A stretch of DNA of 64,000 nt from Pseudomonadota bacterium (GTDB taxonomy: Bacteria > Pseudomonadota > Alphaproteobacteria > Paracaedibacterales > CAIOTO01). Where the stretch lies: contig JAZKDQ010000009.1 in the NCBI GenBank assembly GCA_040387495.1, forward strand, positions 1 through 64,000, written 5' to 3'. Of the stretch, positions 1 through 12,301 are shown piece by piece. The notes below the pieces were generated by a model. That model was not told where the DNA came from. It searched no databases and worked only from the letters and a program-made list of their open reading frames with translations. Positions within the stretch are counted from its first letter, which is position 1; each line of letters opens with the position of its first letter. The translations under genes and the position numbers were made by a program.

Positions 1-379
1 AATCTGATTAAAATCTAAAATCAGTTATGGTGCAATTTTAATCCCGAATTGAGGTATAAACAAATAATGAGAAAGATTATAAAAAATCTCCCGCACTTAT
101 GTACGAGAGATTTTAAAAACAAACAGAAATATTTTTAAGAATTATTTAAGCTTGATTCTGACGGTAAGCCTCGAGCCATTGCGTATAGACAGTTAATTTT
201 TCTGCAGTAACAAGATAATAATACTAAGCATAAGCAAAAACAACGGCATTGATGTGTCCTGCAAAAATCTTAATTTCTAATTTAAATTCAAGAAATATCA
301 TGTTGAGTATGCATTTCTACTTCAAGCAATGTTTACCATCACGAGATTCGGCTCGTATAATTCACCAGGAAAGATGCTC

Positions 380-577
380 CTAATGCCCTTTCATCCACAA
401 AAGTAACACAAACAACATCAGGGCTATCATTTGAAATGTGACCCGCCAGCGCATGGCGGCATTGCCAAATTTTGCATTTAGGGCGCCTCCTTTAAAGTAA
501 ACGGTAAGGCCAAAAACCAAACTTCCAAGCGTGCACGCAAGTGCGAAAAAAAATAAAAATTCAACTATCCGTATCAT
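380..577 (-). CDS. Twin-transmembrane small protein (HIG1-like)
   Basis: 65 aa, two hydrophobic helices, GNAAMRWRVTFQ matches the alphaproteobacterial HIG1-type motif. Confidence 0.75.
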   Translation of the reverse strand: MIRIVEFLFFFALACTLGSLVFGLTVYFKGGALNAKFGNAAMRWRVTFQMIALMLFVLLLWMKGH

Positions 578-696
578 TGTTTAAAAATCCTTTAATGATC
601 TCTTTATTTTATACATAAAATATGTTTTTTCGATTGGATTAACATTTTTTTATACATTTAGTTTTAAAATCTATGCTAGCATAATTTTATGTTGTA

Positions 697-712
697 GTTA
701 ACATAACGTTAA
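697..712 (-). promoter_or_regulatory. CtrA-type box (TTAA-N7-TTAAC)
   Basis: GTTAACATAACGTTAA between the divergent HIG1-like and MFS genes. Confidence 0.35.
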
Positions 713-764
713 TTTAAAGCTCAATATGCTCAGTGCATACTAAAAATAGGGAGTCACAATCGAC

Positions 765-2135
765 ATGGATACGAGCAACGCAAAAGTAACACACCATCCA
801 GATGATTTTTTATTCGATGATAAAGTAGCTCCAGTGACGCATTATAAAAAAGAGAGTTTATACGCGTGTGTCGTGATGTTATGTGCTTGGTCTTTTTATC
901 TCTATGAATATATTTTACGGGTTTCCCCAGGGGTTCTCGAAAAGTTTTTAATGCAAGACTACGCGATTACAGCCACAACAGTTGGCGTAATAAGTTCTGC
1001 GTATTATTGGGCGTACACACCATTGCAGCTTCCATGTGGCGTCATTGTTGATCGCTTAGGTGCACGTCGCGTTATTATGTTCTCCTTATTATTATGTGTT
1101 CTTGGTTGCTTCTTCTTTTCTCAAAGCAATAGTGTGGCAACATCTATTATGGGCCGTGTATTGATGGGAATGGGCTCTGCTTGTGCTTACATCAGTTGCG
1201 CAAAAATAGGTGCAGAATGGTTTAATACTGATCGTTTTGCTCTTATTGCAGGAATTGGCATGTTTATGGGCACCGTTGGGGGCAGCCTAAATGCTGTTAC
1301 TTCTATGCTAGTTGAAGCGGTAGAATGGCGCGGTGCGATGATGATCTTAGGTGTCCTCGGTGTTGGAATTTGTTTTCTGGCATGGACAGTAATGTCTGAT
1401 TCACCTGCACTTGCAAATGCAAAAAAATCCAGTAAAAATAATTTAGAAGTACATCCTATTAAATCACACGAACAAGATAGCTTGCTCGATGGCCTTAAAA
1501 TCGCCATGGCAAATCCACAAAATTGGCTTATAGGTGTGTATGGATGCGTGATGTATTTACCATTATGTGCTTTTGCGGAATTGTGGGGCGTTCCTTATCT
1601 TAAATTACTCTACGGTATAGACTCAACCGTTGCATCAAGTGCATGTGTCAGTGTGTTTATTGGTATGGGTCTTGGTAGCATTTTTGGTGCTTGGGTTTCA
1701 AACAAAATTCAAAGCCGCACACGTGTAATGTCAATTGCTGCCCTTGGTACACTCGCTTGCTTTGCAGTGGTATTTTATGTGCCTAACTTATCATTCACAA
1801 CAATGCGTATAGTTCTATTCATTGGTGGATTATTATCAGGTGGTCAAACATTATATTTTGTATCTGTCAAAGAAAACATGCCACTTCGTTATGCAGCAAC
1901 AGCCATCGGATTTACAAATGCATTTGTTATGAGTAGTGCCATTTTGTTTCAGCCATTATTAGGATTTTTGCTTGATTTAACATGGAATGGTGTAAAAGAT
2001 ATTGATGGCGTTCCATTGTATACGGTCGACAATTACAAAATTGCATTTTCAGCAGTTATGGTGGCGTTCCTTGTCGGGTGGATTGTGATGCTTTTTGTAC
2101 GCGATACATATAAGAAGGTAGAAAAAAAAACCTAA
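765..2135 (+). CDS. MFS transporter (Legionella Pht-like)
   Basis: About 12 TM segments, motif A GVIVDRLGARR, FYLYEYILRVSP, FAELWG; GGGAG RBS. Confidence 0.9.
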   Translation: MDTSNAKVTHHPDDFLFDDKVAPVTHYKKESLYACVVMLCAWSFYLYEYILRVSPGVLEKFLMQDYAITATTVGVISSAYYWAYTPLQLPCGVIVDRLGARRVIMFSLLLCVLGCFFFSQSNSVATSIMGRVLMGMGSACAYISCAKIGAEWFNTDRFALIAGIGMFMGTVGGSLNAVTSMLVEAVEWRGAMMILGVLGVGICFLAWTVMSDSPALANAKKSSKNNLEVHPIKSHEQDSLLDGLKIAMANPQNWLIGVYGCVMYLPLCAFAELWGVPYLKLLYGIDSTVASSACVSVFIGMGLGSIFGAWVSNKIQSRTRVMSIAALGTLACFAVVFYVPNLSFTTMRIVLFIGGLLSGGQTLYFVSVKENMPLRYAATAIGFTNAFVMSSAILFQPLLGFLLDLTWNGVKDIDGVPLYTVDNYKIAFSAVMVAFLVGWIVMLFVRDTYKKVEKKT

Positions 2136-2195
2136 ATCTAAATTGATTTTTGCATCATCTCTGGGTCTCAGAGTTCTTACCACGTATTAAAGTGT

Positions 2196-2317
2196 GTCAT
2201 CCCCGGGTTTAACCTGGGGATCTCTGTTGTTTACTAACGGCTCATATTTTATTATAACGTAAATTAGTATTTTCCATTTGAATTTTGCAGATCCCTGGAT
2301 CACCTTCGGGAATAACA
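2196..2317. repeat. REP/RPE-4-like palindromic pair
   Basis: GTCATCCCCGGGTTTAACCTGGGGATCTC (2196-2224) and a degenerate inverted partner AGATCCCTGGATCACCTTCGGGAATAACA (2289-2317). Confidence 0.5.
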
Positions 2318-2359
2318 ATCATTTGGCAGTAATCATAAAAAATATAAAGGCTTAAAACT

Positions 2360-3628
2360 TTGCTAAAGAAAATAAAAATATCACGATATCAAAAATGGTT
2401 TATCTGGGGCATTACGTCCCTTTTTTACTTATACGAGACATTCCTTCGTGTGTCACCTTCTGTTATGACGCATGATTTAATGCGTGATTTCGAAGTCAAT
2501 TCAGCATCACTTGGCGTGCTTAGCTCTTTTTATTATTATGCATACGTAATTCTTCAAGTGCCATGCGGGATGATTGTTGACAAAATCGGTATTAGGCGCA
2601 TTGTGACGTTCTCCACATTGTTGTGCGTAGCAGGAACATTTTTATTTGCTGAGAGCCAAAGTCTCGGTCTCGCTAAGCTTGGGCGCTTTATGATTGGGGC
2701 AGGCTCTGCTTGCGCCTTCATTAGTTGCTTAAAAGTCACCGTTGAGTGGTTTAGCCCAATGCGCTTTGCGCTTGTTGCGGGCCTTACAAATATGATGGGT
2801 ACCTTTGGCGGTATTTGTGCCGGGCGCCCACTCGCACTTTTTGTGAATCAAATTGGTTGGCGCCAAGCAAGTTTTTGGCTGGCGGGAATTGGCCTTGGTG
2901 TGGCCGTCATAGCATGGTGTTGGTTAAAAGATCACCCGGAAAACCAGATAAATAAAGAGCAGCATGCAGAAAGACCATTTCTCGAAGGTTTTTCTTATTT
3001 AGTAAAAAACAAGCAAATTTGGTTGGGCGGCCTTATTGGTGGTTTTATGTATTTGCCAATTTCTGTGTTTGCTGAATTATGGGGTGTGCCCTTTTTAATG
3101 CATGTATACAATGTGGGTAATGCTGATGCATCAACTGCAAGTGTTATGATTTTTATCGGCATGGCTGTGGGCGGCACATTTTCAGCATACCTTTTAACCT
3201 ATTTTAAGTCGATCGTACGCGTCATGCGGTTTTCTGCCGCTGCATCGAGCGTTGTTTTCATAGGTATTGCCTATACAGCTTTTTTTCCATTTTGGTTTTC
3301 ATTTATCCTGATGTTCCTTGCAGGTTTTTTTATTGGCGGGCAAGTTCTTTGCTTTACCCTTGCACGTAACAACAGTGCTTCTGATATTAGTGGCACCGCT
3401 GTTGGATTCACAAATGGTATTGTGATGATGGGCGGCATTATATTCCAGCCACTTTTGGGGCATATACTTGATATTTTCTGGGATGGCGCCGTTACAGACT
3501 ATGGTGTTCGGCTTTATTCAACACATGCCTATCAAATGTCAATTTTAACAATCCCTGTCTGTTTACTGATTTGTATTGTCGTGTTACGATTTATAAATGA
3601 GCCCAACACACAGCAAACGGATTTATGA
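2360..3628 (+). CDS. MFS transporter (Pht-like), tandem paralog
   Basis: Same motifs as the upstream gene: FYLYETFLRVSP, GMIVDKIGIRR, FAELWGVP; TTG start. Confidence 0.9.
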   Translation: MLKKIKISRYQKWFIWGITSLFYLYETFLRVSPSVMTHDLMRDFEVNSASLGVLSSFYYYAYVILQVPCGMIVDKIGIRRIVTFSTLLCVAGTFLFAESQSLGLAKLGRFMIGAGSACAFISCLKVTVEWFSPMRFALVAGLTNMMGTFGGICAGRPLALFVNQIGWRQASFWLAGIGLGVAVIAWCWLKDHPENQINKEQHAERPFLEGFSYLVKNKQIWLGGLIGGFMYLPISVFAELWGVPFLMHVYNVGNADASTASVMIFIGMAVGGTFSAYLLTYFKSIVRVMRFSAAASSVVFIGIAYTAFFPFWFSFILMFLAGFFIGGQVLCFTLARNNSASDISGTAVGFTNGIVMMGGIIFQPLLGHILDIFWDGAVTDYGVRLYSTHAYQMSILTIPVCLLICIVVLRFINEPNTQQTDL

Positions 3629-4563
3629 TACAAAAACCAATCGTTGCCATTCAAGCTGACCCTTTAGAATCACTTAAGGCATCCTTTGATACTTCTTTGA
3701 TGCTGGCAGGTGAGGCTGCATTGCGTGGATACTCTTCGTTTGCATATACGCCGGCTGATTTAGTGTATAATCATGGCGAAATTTATGCTGATGGTCGTTT
3801 TTTTACCGTTGACTTGCAAGGAAATATCACACATATAAGCGCCACAGAACGCCTTGCATTATCTGAAGCCGCCTTTGTACTTGTTCGTCAGAATCCCCCT
3901 TATGACATGGCTTATTTAACTGCTCTTGATATTCTTGCTAATTTACCAGCCAGCACACGTGTTTTAAATAACCCAATGACACTTCGTTCGTGGGGTGAAA
4001 AAATAATCCCGCTTCAGTTCAAAGATATATGCCCACGCACATGCATTACCTCCAAATCTGCTATCATTCATGAATTTATAGCAGTTGAGAAAACAATCAT
4101 ACTTAAGCCACTATACGGTTTTGGCGGGGCAGATGTATTTATTCTGACGGCAACGGATGCCAATTGTGATGCAATTATCGATATGATGTGTGCCCGCTAT
4201 CCATTTGGTGTCATTGCGCAGGAATTTCTGCCAGAGGTAATCACCAATGACAGACGCCTACTTATGATTGACGGCAAACTTAAAGCTGTATTCAAACGTA
4301 CACCAAAAGCAGGTACCATTCGCGGCAATGTTGCTGTTGGCGGAACGGCTGCTCCATGTGATGTAAGCGCTGCTGATCATATGATTGCCGAACGCTTGGC
4401 AGCTTTTTTGCTACAGAACGACATTATGTTAGCAGGAGTTGACGCCGTTGGTGATCGCTTGATCGAAGTCAATATCACATCACCAACGGGGCTTCGTATT
4501 CCTGAACGCCTCTATGGTCAAAATTTAGCAAAGGATTTTTGGGATGCCGTTATCACTAAGTAA
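3625..4563 (+). CDS. gshB: Glutathione synthetase
   Basis: RQNPPYDMAY, KPLYGFGG, RGNVAVGG, EVNITSPTG. Confidence 0.93.
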   Translation: MIQKPIVAIQADPLESLKASFDTSLMLAGEAALRGYSSFAYTPADLVYNHGEIYADGRFFTVDLQGNITHISATERLALSEAAFVLVRQNPPYDMAYLTALDILANLPASTRVLNNPMTLRSWGEKIIPLQFKDICPRTCITSKSAIIHEFIAVEKTIILKPLYGFGGADVFILTATDANCDAIIDMMCARYPFGVIAQEFLPEVITNDRRLLMIDGKLKAVFKRTPKAGTIRGNVAVGGTAAPCDVSAADHMIAERLAAFLLQNDIMLAGVDAVGDRLIEVNITSPTGLRIPERLYGQNLAKDFWDAVITK

Positions 4564-4585
4564 AGAATCATATGAACCTGATATC

Positions 4586-5266
4586 ATGGCCGAGCCACAT
4601 CTACTTATCGTAGATGACGATAGCGCTATCCGTCGTTTGTTGGTTGATTTTTTGAGCACCCAAGGGTTCCGCTGTGACGTAGCCGCGAATGCAGCAGAGG
4701 CTCGGATTCACTTAGCAAATCAAGCATTTGATTTGATTGTTTTGGATGTGATGATGCCAGGCGAGACTGGGATTGAACTTACAAGCAGCCTTCGTCTAAC
4801 GGATCAAACACCGATTTTATTGCTAACAGCGTTGGACCAATTATCTGACAAGCTAGAAGCGTTTGATTTAGGTGTTGATGATTACCTGACGAAGCCATTT
4901 GAACCGCTTGAATTGGTTGCACGGATACGATCACAGTTGCGACGCAAGGGCCCAGCTTTGCCTGCGTCTGATGTTATTACGTTTGGTAAGTTTCGTCTTG
5001 ATCTCAAAAGTGGTGTTTTGGCATACAAGCATGAACCAATTACGCTTACATCAACAGAACGCTTGTTGTTGCGGTTGCTCGCGCAACGGCTTAATCAGCC
5101 CTTTAGCCGTGAAGAACTTGCACAGAAAATCGGCCATCGCGTAAGTGACCGTACCGTTGATGTGCAAGTGAACCGATTGCGACATAAGATGAAGAGCATC
5201 GATCCTAGTTTGGATTTAATTCAAACGATTCGTCATCAGGGGTATGCGCTGGTGGTCGCAAGCTAA
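4586..5266 (+). CDS. OmpR-family response regulator
   Basis: Receiver motifs (LIVDDD, LDVMMP, KPF) plus winged helix (RTVDVQVNRLR); start moved to ATG 4586. Confidence 0.9.
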   Translation: MAEPHLLIVDDDSAIRRLLVDFLSTQGFRCDVAANAAEARIHLANQAFDLIVLDVMMPGETGIELTSSLRLTDQTPILLLTALDQLSDKLEAFDLGVDDYLTKPFEPLELVARIRSQLRRKGPALPASDVITFGKFRLDLKSGVLAYKHEPITLTSTERLLLRLLAQRLNQPFSREELAQKIGHRVSDRTVDVQVNRLRHKMKSIDPSLDLIQTIRHQGYALVVAS

Positions 5267-6056
5267 AACGGCATGTTTATATGTTCTTAATATGCTGTAA
5301 CTAAGGAGAGATTTATGGATAAAAAAGTAATTCCGTATTTTCTAGTGCTCAGCGAATTTTTATCAATATCATATGAACAAGAAATCAATGAACCTGTGGT
5401 TCCTATTGCCAGAATCTCCACTATGTATAAAGTTATTCATGATACTGCGGTTCCTACATTAACCCGACCTTTGATGTCTACTCCTTTTGATATGGTAACA
5501 ATATGAAGGCAAGTTACAGGTAATTCCTATGCGAGAATGTTTGCAAGCTTTAATAAGCAATATAGGCCCGTTTTGTTCAAAGTTTTAAAACACATGTTGT
5601 AAAAAGCATATTAAAGAGCTCTGTTTATTTTGTTTATTCGTATACGACACAACAAACAAAACAATACTTACCCGATCCTTCCAAAGAATATCCACTAATT
5701 CCTGAAATTGCAGCAGTTTCTGTAATAGCTTTTTGTGACATTGGATTAACAACACTAAATAAACATAAAAAAATGGTCACCATGTGAGTGATCACACCGC
5801 TGATGTGCGAATAAATCTATTGTAATATAACATAAAAATCATCGACGCACGTTTGGATTTGATTCAAACAATCCGCCATCAGGTATATGCACTGGTGACG
5901 AGTGTGCCGGACACACACCAGCACAAGGATCTTTACAGTTGAAGGTGCATATATTTTGTATATAATACAATTAAGTATTCGCCTTTACGTTGACAGATCT
6001 TCGGGATCTCCGCGACACGCGCAAAACACCAACCACACAAGGAATAATAAAAAAAT

Positions 6057-6977
6057 ATGACTAAAAAAATTATCGTACTCATGGGTGGCTGGTCAAATGA
6101 ACGTGATGTGTCTTTATCTTCAGGTGCTGGCGCTGCGAAAGCATTAGCAGAACTTGGTTATGCAGTATCAACATTAGACGTAAAGCGTGATATCACGCAC
6201 TTGGTTGATACGCTTGCTGCTGAAAAACCAGATGTTGTTTTTAATGCCCTCCACGGGACAGGCGGCGAAGATGGGGTCATTCAAGGTTTGCTTGATATGA
6301 TGAAAATACCTTATACGCATTCTGGTTTGACCGCATCTGCGATCGCAATGGATAAAATTTTATCGCGATTGGTCTTTATTCAAGCAGGCATCCCTGTACC
6401 TGATTACAAGGTGATATCATTTGACGCTTATAAAAATGGCGAGCAGCCTTTTGAATATCCCTATGTTGCAAAGCCGATTAATGACGGATCATCGCGCGGT
6501 GTTTCTCTGGTCAAAGATACAGCTGATTATGAAAACAGCGTTGCCTCATGGACCTTTGGCGACTCCGTACTGCTTGAACGGTATATTCCAGGGCGGGAAA
6601 TTCATGTGGCTATTATAAATGGAAAAGCTATTGGTGCGATTGAATTAAAGCCACACAGCGGTTTTTATGACTACGAAGCTAAATATACAGACGGAAAAAC
6701 CACCCATATCATGCCTGCACCACTTGATGCAGATGTCGAGGCGCTTATCTTTGATTATTCAGAAAAAGCCCATACTGCATTGGGGTGCAAAAGTGTCACG
6801 CGTGCTGATTTTCGCTTGGATGACTCCGTAACCCCGCATCGGATTGCTTTGCTTGAAATCAATACACAACCAGGCCTTACGCCTTTGTCGCTTGTTCCTG
6901 AAATTGCAGCTTACTATGGTATTAGCTTTGGCGAACTCCTCAACACAATGATCGAGCACGCAACATGCGCCAGTTAA
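6057..6977 (+). CDS. ddl: D-alanine--D-alanine ligase
   Basis: GGWSNERDVSLSSG, LHGTGGEDG, YDYEAKY, LEINTQPG. Confidence 0.96.
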   Translation: MTKKIIVLMGGWSNERDVSLSSGAGAAKALAELGYAVSTLDVKRDITHLVDTLAAEKPDVVFNALHGTGGEDGVIQGLLDMMKIPYTHSGLTASAIAMDKILSRLVFIQAGIPVPDYKVISFDAYKNGEQPFEYPYVAKPINDGSSRGVSLVKDTADYENSVASWTFGDSVLLERYIPGREIHVAIINGKAIGAIELKPHSGFYDYEAKYTDGKTTHIMPAPLDADVEALIFDYSEKAHTALGCKSVTRADFRLDDSVTPHRIALLEINTQPGLTPLSLVPEIAAYYGISFGELLNTMIEHATCAS

Positions 6978-7918
6978 AAGCATCTAAAAAAGAAAACAGC
7001 TCATCCTCACGGCGCAAAGGCGCGCCCAAGGAAAAGAAATCAGGTTTTTTCTTTAGCACCGCTTTTCTTGATCGTTTTTCCTTTGCAAATGCAAAACCAC
7101 AACACAACAGAACAGAGCGTATCCGCGCACAACGCAATCGCAGCCAAGTACGCAGCTGGTTTACAGCGGCTAGCCTTACCATCATTGGCATAGCAACGGC
7201 GATTTGCATTGCGCTTGGCTTGCCTCAAAAAGCTTATAACGCGACAAAAGACCGACTGGTTATTTTTTCAGGCCGCATTGGTCTTGATGTGCGCGATGTC
7301 TTTGTCGAAGGACGTAAAAATGCTTCGCTTGATGTCATCATGTCGGCCACCCAAGTTGCAACAAAAACGCCTATTTTGGCATATGATATCGACGTTATTC
7401 GTGACAATCTGCTAAAAGTTGATTGGATTAAAACGGCAACCGTGCAACGTCGCTTGCCTAATTTACTGTATATCAAACTGGTAGAGCGTCAACCTATTGC
7501 ATTGTGGCAACGACAAGGACATCATTATCTTGTGGATAAAGACGGCGTTGTGATTAAAAGCCCAATTCTTGATGCATTTAAAGCCCTTCCCATTGTTACG
7601 GGTGTGAACGCGCCTGCGCATACCCCAAAGTTGCTTGATTTACTGAATAAGTTCATTACGGTTCGAAAGCACTTAAGCGCGATGATTCGTATTCGTGAAC
7701 GGCGATGGGATATAACCATCGACAAGACGATCACCGTAAAGCTACCTGAAGAAGGACTTGAAGATGCGCTTGCCCGGCTTTCCATTTTGTTGGATGAACA
7801 AAAAATTACGCCAAGCGATGTGATATCTGTTGATTTGCGTTTACCAAAGCAAGTTATTATGCGCTTAACGCCCGAAGCTGCTGTTCGTGTGAAAATTCGC
7901 GGCAAGGAAAAGGTTTAA
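6965..7918 (+). CDS. ftsQ: Cell division protein FtsQ
   Basis: Basic N-terminus, single TM, POTRA ([13 protein letters not shown]), C-terminal VDLR; follows ddl. Confidence 0.9.
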   Translation: MRQLKASKKENSSSSRRKGAPKEKKSGFFFSTAFLDRFSFANAKPQHNRTERIRAQRNRSQVRSWFTAASLTIIGIATAICIALGLPQKAYNATKDRLVIFSGRIGLDVRDVFVEGRKNASLDVIMSATQVATKTPILAYDIDVIRDNLLKVDWIKTATVQRRLPNLLYIKLVERQPIALWQRQGHHYLVDKDGVVIKSPILDAFKALPIVTGVNAPAHTPKLLDLLNKFITVRKHLSAMIRIRERRWDITIDKTITVKLPEEGLEDALARLSILLDEQKITPSDVISVDLRLPKQVIMRLTPEAAVRVKIRGKEKV

Positions 7919-7919
7919 T

Positions 7920-8966
7920 ATGAGCTCTGGCTTTGAAGAACGCTTGATCGAAGGTACCGAAACCCTTGATGATTTGATGAATGATTTGAAAGACCCGTCG
8001 CTGCGCCCATTGTCGTTGGACGATTTTACTGGGCAAAAGATGGTAAGGTCGAACCTTTCCGTATTTATTCAGGCGGCGCGTGCACGAAACGAATCGTTAG
8101 ATCATGTATTATTGTATGGCCCGCCAGGGTTGGGGAAGACAACGCTTGCACAAATTATAGCAAAAGAATTGAATGTGGGTTTTCGCGCGACGTCTGGGCC
8201 TGTGATTGCAAAGTCGGGTGATTTGGCGGCTGTGCTGACGAATTTGCAACCCAAAGATGTTTTGTTTATTGATGAAATCCATCGTTTGAACCCTGCAGTT
8301 GAAGAAATTTTGTACCCTGCGATGGAAGATCGTAAGCTTGATATCATGATTGGTGAAGGTCCGTCAGCGCGATCGATTCGTATTGATTTGCCTGAATTCA
8401 CATTGGTGGGGGCAACGACGCGGTCAGGGCTTTTAACGCAGCCACTGCGTGAACGGTTTGGCATTCCGCTTCGTCTGGAATTTTATGATCTGGTGGACTT
8501 GACTAAAATTGTGCTGCGTGCTGCGTCGTTGCTTGAATGTTCGATGACAAGTCAGGGTGCCGAGGAAATTGCGCGTAGAGCCCGTGGAACGCCGCGTATT
8601 GCCGGGCGGTTGCTGCGTCGGGTGCGTGATTTTGCCAGCGTGGAAGGGCTGCCGAGCATTGATATGGATATTGCGAAAGATGCATTGAATCGTTTGGATG
8701 TTGACCCACTTGGTCTTGACCAGCAAGATGTTCGTTATTTGAAGTTGTTGGTGAATTTCTATAAAGGCGGCCCTGTTGGTGTTGAAACGATTGCTGCAGC
8801 GCTGTCAGAGCAACGCGATACGATTGAGGAAGTCATCGAGCCATATTTGATTCAGCAAGGGCTTTTGCAACGTACCCCGCGTGGGCGGATGCTGACTGAT
8901 TTCGCGTATGATCATTTGGGGTTGGATCGGTTGATGCAAGTGCCGAAACAGCGGGAATTGTTTTAG
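7920..8966 (+). CDS. ruvB: Holliday junction helicase RuvB
   Basis: [34 protein letters not shown]. Confidence 0.97.
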   Translation: MSSGFEERLIEGTETLDDLMNDLKDPSLRPLSLDDFTGQKMVRSNLSVFIQAARARNESLDHVLLYGPPGLGKTTLAQIIAKELNVGFRATSGPVIAKSGDLAAVLTNLQPKDVLFIDEIHRLNPAVEEILYPAMEDRKLDIMIGEGPSARSIRIDLPEFTLVGATTRSGLLTQPLRERFGIPLRLEFYDLVDLTKIVLRAASLLECSMTSQGAEEIARRARGTPRIAGRLLRRVRDFASVEGLPSIDMDIAKDALNRLDVDPLGLDQQDVRYLKLLVNFYKGGPVGVETIAAALSEQRDTIEEVIEPYLIQQGLLQRTPRGRMLTDFAYDHLGLDRLMQVPKQRELF

Positions 8967-9083
8967 ATGTGTTTTAATATTCTGTTTTTTTGTTGAATAT
9001 AACTGTAAATAAATGTATTGAAATAAAAAATATAAAGATCTATATTCTGATGATGTGAATAATTAAAAAGATTGGAATTTAAA

Positions 9084-12000
9084 ATGAGAACCAAGCGAAT
9101 TGCCGCAAGCCTTTTATTTTTGTTGTCGACTTCATCATATGCAATGGAAACTTCTCATATTTCATGCCAACCCATTGATGCTTCTGATAGGCATGTTAGT
9201 ACAAGCGCAACACATGAACAGGCTTTTTCACCTTTGCATCGTTTTTTAAATGATGATTTTGTGTCTAATTTACGTTTTCTTTGTGGGGAAAAGCAATGGA
9301 ATCCTTCACTCTCTGGACATTTTCAATCCATTCTAAGTATGAACTTCCCTACCGATTTAATGACGCAATTTGTACATCTGCTGTATCCATCACCAACTGG
9401 GGACTATCTGGTTGCCAATCAATCAACCGATATTATTGCAAAAACGAAAGCATCTAAGTTTTACGCTGCATTAGCAGAGATGCGTACTAATGGAGCGCTT
9501 GATGTTTGGAGTCTATTTGAACTTTTGTTTGATCGTCAATTATCATCTTTTGCAAAAGAAATTATAATCGCAGAAACTAATAATTTTTATATTGAACAAT
9601 ATGCAAATGCAGTTAGAAAAAAGGCTGCACAACATCAAAAGCCGATTGATGAAGTTATGAAACATCTGCAAGATGATGATTTTTTTCAAGATGGATTTTT
9701 GGATAGCAAAGCAGGAAAATTATTTAAAACCGCCCTTAAAGGTGGAAATCCGGCACGACAAAAAATACATCAAGCATTGCCCCAAAGGCGTAAAAATCTA
9801 ACTGATACATTGAGGAATCAAAATCTTCATTCGCATAAAAGAACTAAAATGGGCGCTGAGTTAGCTGAGCTTGCTCAATTAGGAGATGCTTTTGCTAACA
9901 AGCATGATTTCCAAGGTTATCAAATTGCAAATGCGTTTGTGCATGCTCTTAAGCAAGAACAACGCGGTGATTACTCTGTGGGCACACTTGAACGTATTCT
10001 TGCAACGTATATGTGGCAAAAGGCTGAAACGATTGACGATTTATCATTTTTATCAGGCGCTTTACTCATAGATTATGATGCGATGAAAGATCAAGTCAGG
10101 CCGCTTATCGAAAATCCAGAATTGTTACAAAGTTATTATGATGCTGGGCGTTATGAAGTCATATGGGCATATATTTATCGCGAGAGATTAATGCTCGACG
10201 CTAAGCATGTGCCTATCATAAAGTATCGTACAACAACGGTAGATGAACATTCAATTCCAGATTGCTTTGAAACAGCGATGCATAATGCTGCTGATTTCTT
10301 TGGTTTTCTAGATGGTTCATTTGATCCAACGATTTGGAAGGAAGGTAGCGAACTTCGTCACTATTTTTCAGAATTTAGAAATACAACACCCAATGATCCG
10401 CGTACTCGGTCTAAATGGGCAACGGCGGTTGCTAAAAGAAAATCAGTTGATAAAGGCAAAGATGTTCTTTATTACACACCATCAAAGAAAATGAATGATG
10501 TAAATAATACAATCGAGGCTGTTCCCGGTATTATCAATATGTTCAAGATTATGGCACATTTAGGGGGCGCCACTGATGCTACTTGGGAACATATCGTGCA
10601 ATTAGAAACATTGCCAGAGGCGAGTGCAGAAGAGCACTTAAGCGCATCATTTCAATTGCTAATGACTGATTTAACAGAAGGACAGATTGCCTTTGATCGT
10701 GTTAATTGTTCAGGTGTAAGTAAGATTTCCGATCGTATTCCAGGACATACCGATTTTACAGGTACGTTTTATGTAACGATAAAAAATAGGTTGCCTTTTG
10801 AGTGGCAGTTTATGCATAAACATTCCATATTCAAGTGCGATGCACCGATACAAGGGCATGATAAAGATGTGGCACATATCTTAGCTCAGTTGCCACTATT
10901 TACTGCTTTGAAGCCGCATTATACTGATTTAACGACACTCATCACACCAGAAATGACGCATCAAGAACTTACAAAATTATTGATGGAAAGCGATTTAAGA
11001 TCGCCTGATTTGCGCCGTGAGATCATGCCAATTTTGTTGGAATCGCATCTTGATTTACCATTGATCAAAAATATTTTTAAACAAATTGAAAAAGAGGGTG
11101 ATCATTACGAGATTAAAGAAATTATTAAGTTGTTTAATAAAAATATCAACACATGGTTAGATGATTCGGTAAGGCGACCAATTGTGATGGATTTTTTGCG
11201 TTCAGCACCAAAGCTTTTTACAAATGAAGCTGGTTCTCAAGATAATCTTGAGGAGAGAGCATTATATCGTTCACTTATTGAACGATTTGAAGAAAAAAAT
11301 AACACAGGTGCATGGGTTCTTGCAATTGAATTGATGGAAAAGGCGCCAGGTCTTTGTTTCATTTGGGGGGGCAAAGACCCAATCATGCCTTATGTTCATT
11401 TTTTTAAAAAAGCTAAAGGGTTGCATAATATTCCGTTATTTAACAAATCAGATGAATTATTCGATTTTACAGAATTTGATAAACTTAAAAGCGTAGGTTT
11501 TTAAATGTCGAATGGTATGCCACCCAATCAGACAGTGGAAGAAATAGAAATACCACAAGTGTTATCGGCAGATCAAGTTAATGACTTTGTCCAAAAAATG
11601 GCAACTTCTATTGATCATGTTTCATTTAATAACATTGCTACAATTGAGCAGTTATCAAATGCTTATGCTGTTTTTAATAAGATGAAAGAAACGCGTCCAG
11701 AGCTCGATACACATGTAAACGTCAATACTGAGATTAGTAAATTAATTGAATTAAATAGTTCGAACCCAGCGCTGCTTGAATGGGTAGCACCAAAAGTTAC
11801 ATATTTAAATGATATGAATTTTATTCAACATGAAAATCAAATGCATTTATTTACGAACATCACAAATATTAGTAATTTTCAAATTACTAATAAGGACGGG
11901 ACGTTAAATCGATCGTTATTTAGTAAATTGAACCGTTTCAATAAATTACAATATCTTTATTTTAGTTGTTCTAAATGGGGTCAATCCATTCCTGATGATA

Positions 12001-12233
12001 CTTCTGACACAACTACGTTTGATGTAATTGTTGATCAATTGCCACGATCGCTGCAAACTATTTCAGTTAGCAACTTATCTTATGTGAAGTGGGATGATTT
12101 TGAACCGTTTGTTGAAACGCTTGCGACAAGACGGCCTAACCTTACAATAGAGATGTATGGATTAAAATCTATTTTAGAAAGTCGTCCGCGTATGATGGAG
12201 CTTGTTAATAGTCGAAGTGTAGTTACAAACTAG
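9084..12233 (+). pseudogene. Large secreted orphan protein, probably split by an in-frame TAA (11502-11504); LRR-like C-terminus
   Basis: Signal peptide ending SSYAME; second ORF (11505-12233) begins in frame directly after the stop; LRR-like text runs across it (FDKLKSVGF*M, FNKLQYLYF). Confidence 0.5.
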
Positions 12234-12301
12234 AACATTGCATTCGCGTGTTTAGGTTCATATAATGCAGACTGCTAACGATCTATTACAAAGCCCCTTT
12301 T

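Noticed and set aside
5315..5602. Small ORF with GGAG RBS and a frame continuing past TGA 5504-5506
   Set aside because: No recognisable motif; the short continuation could be chance
5699..6910. 16-bp match TTCCTGAAATTGCAGC upstream of and inside ddl
   Set aside because: No extended similarity; treated as coincidence
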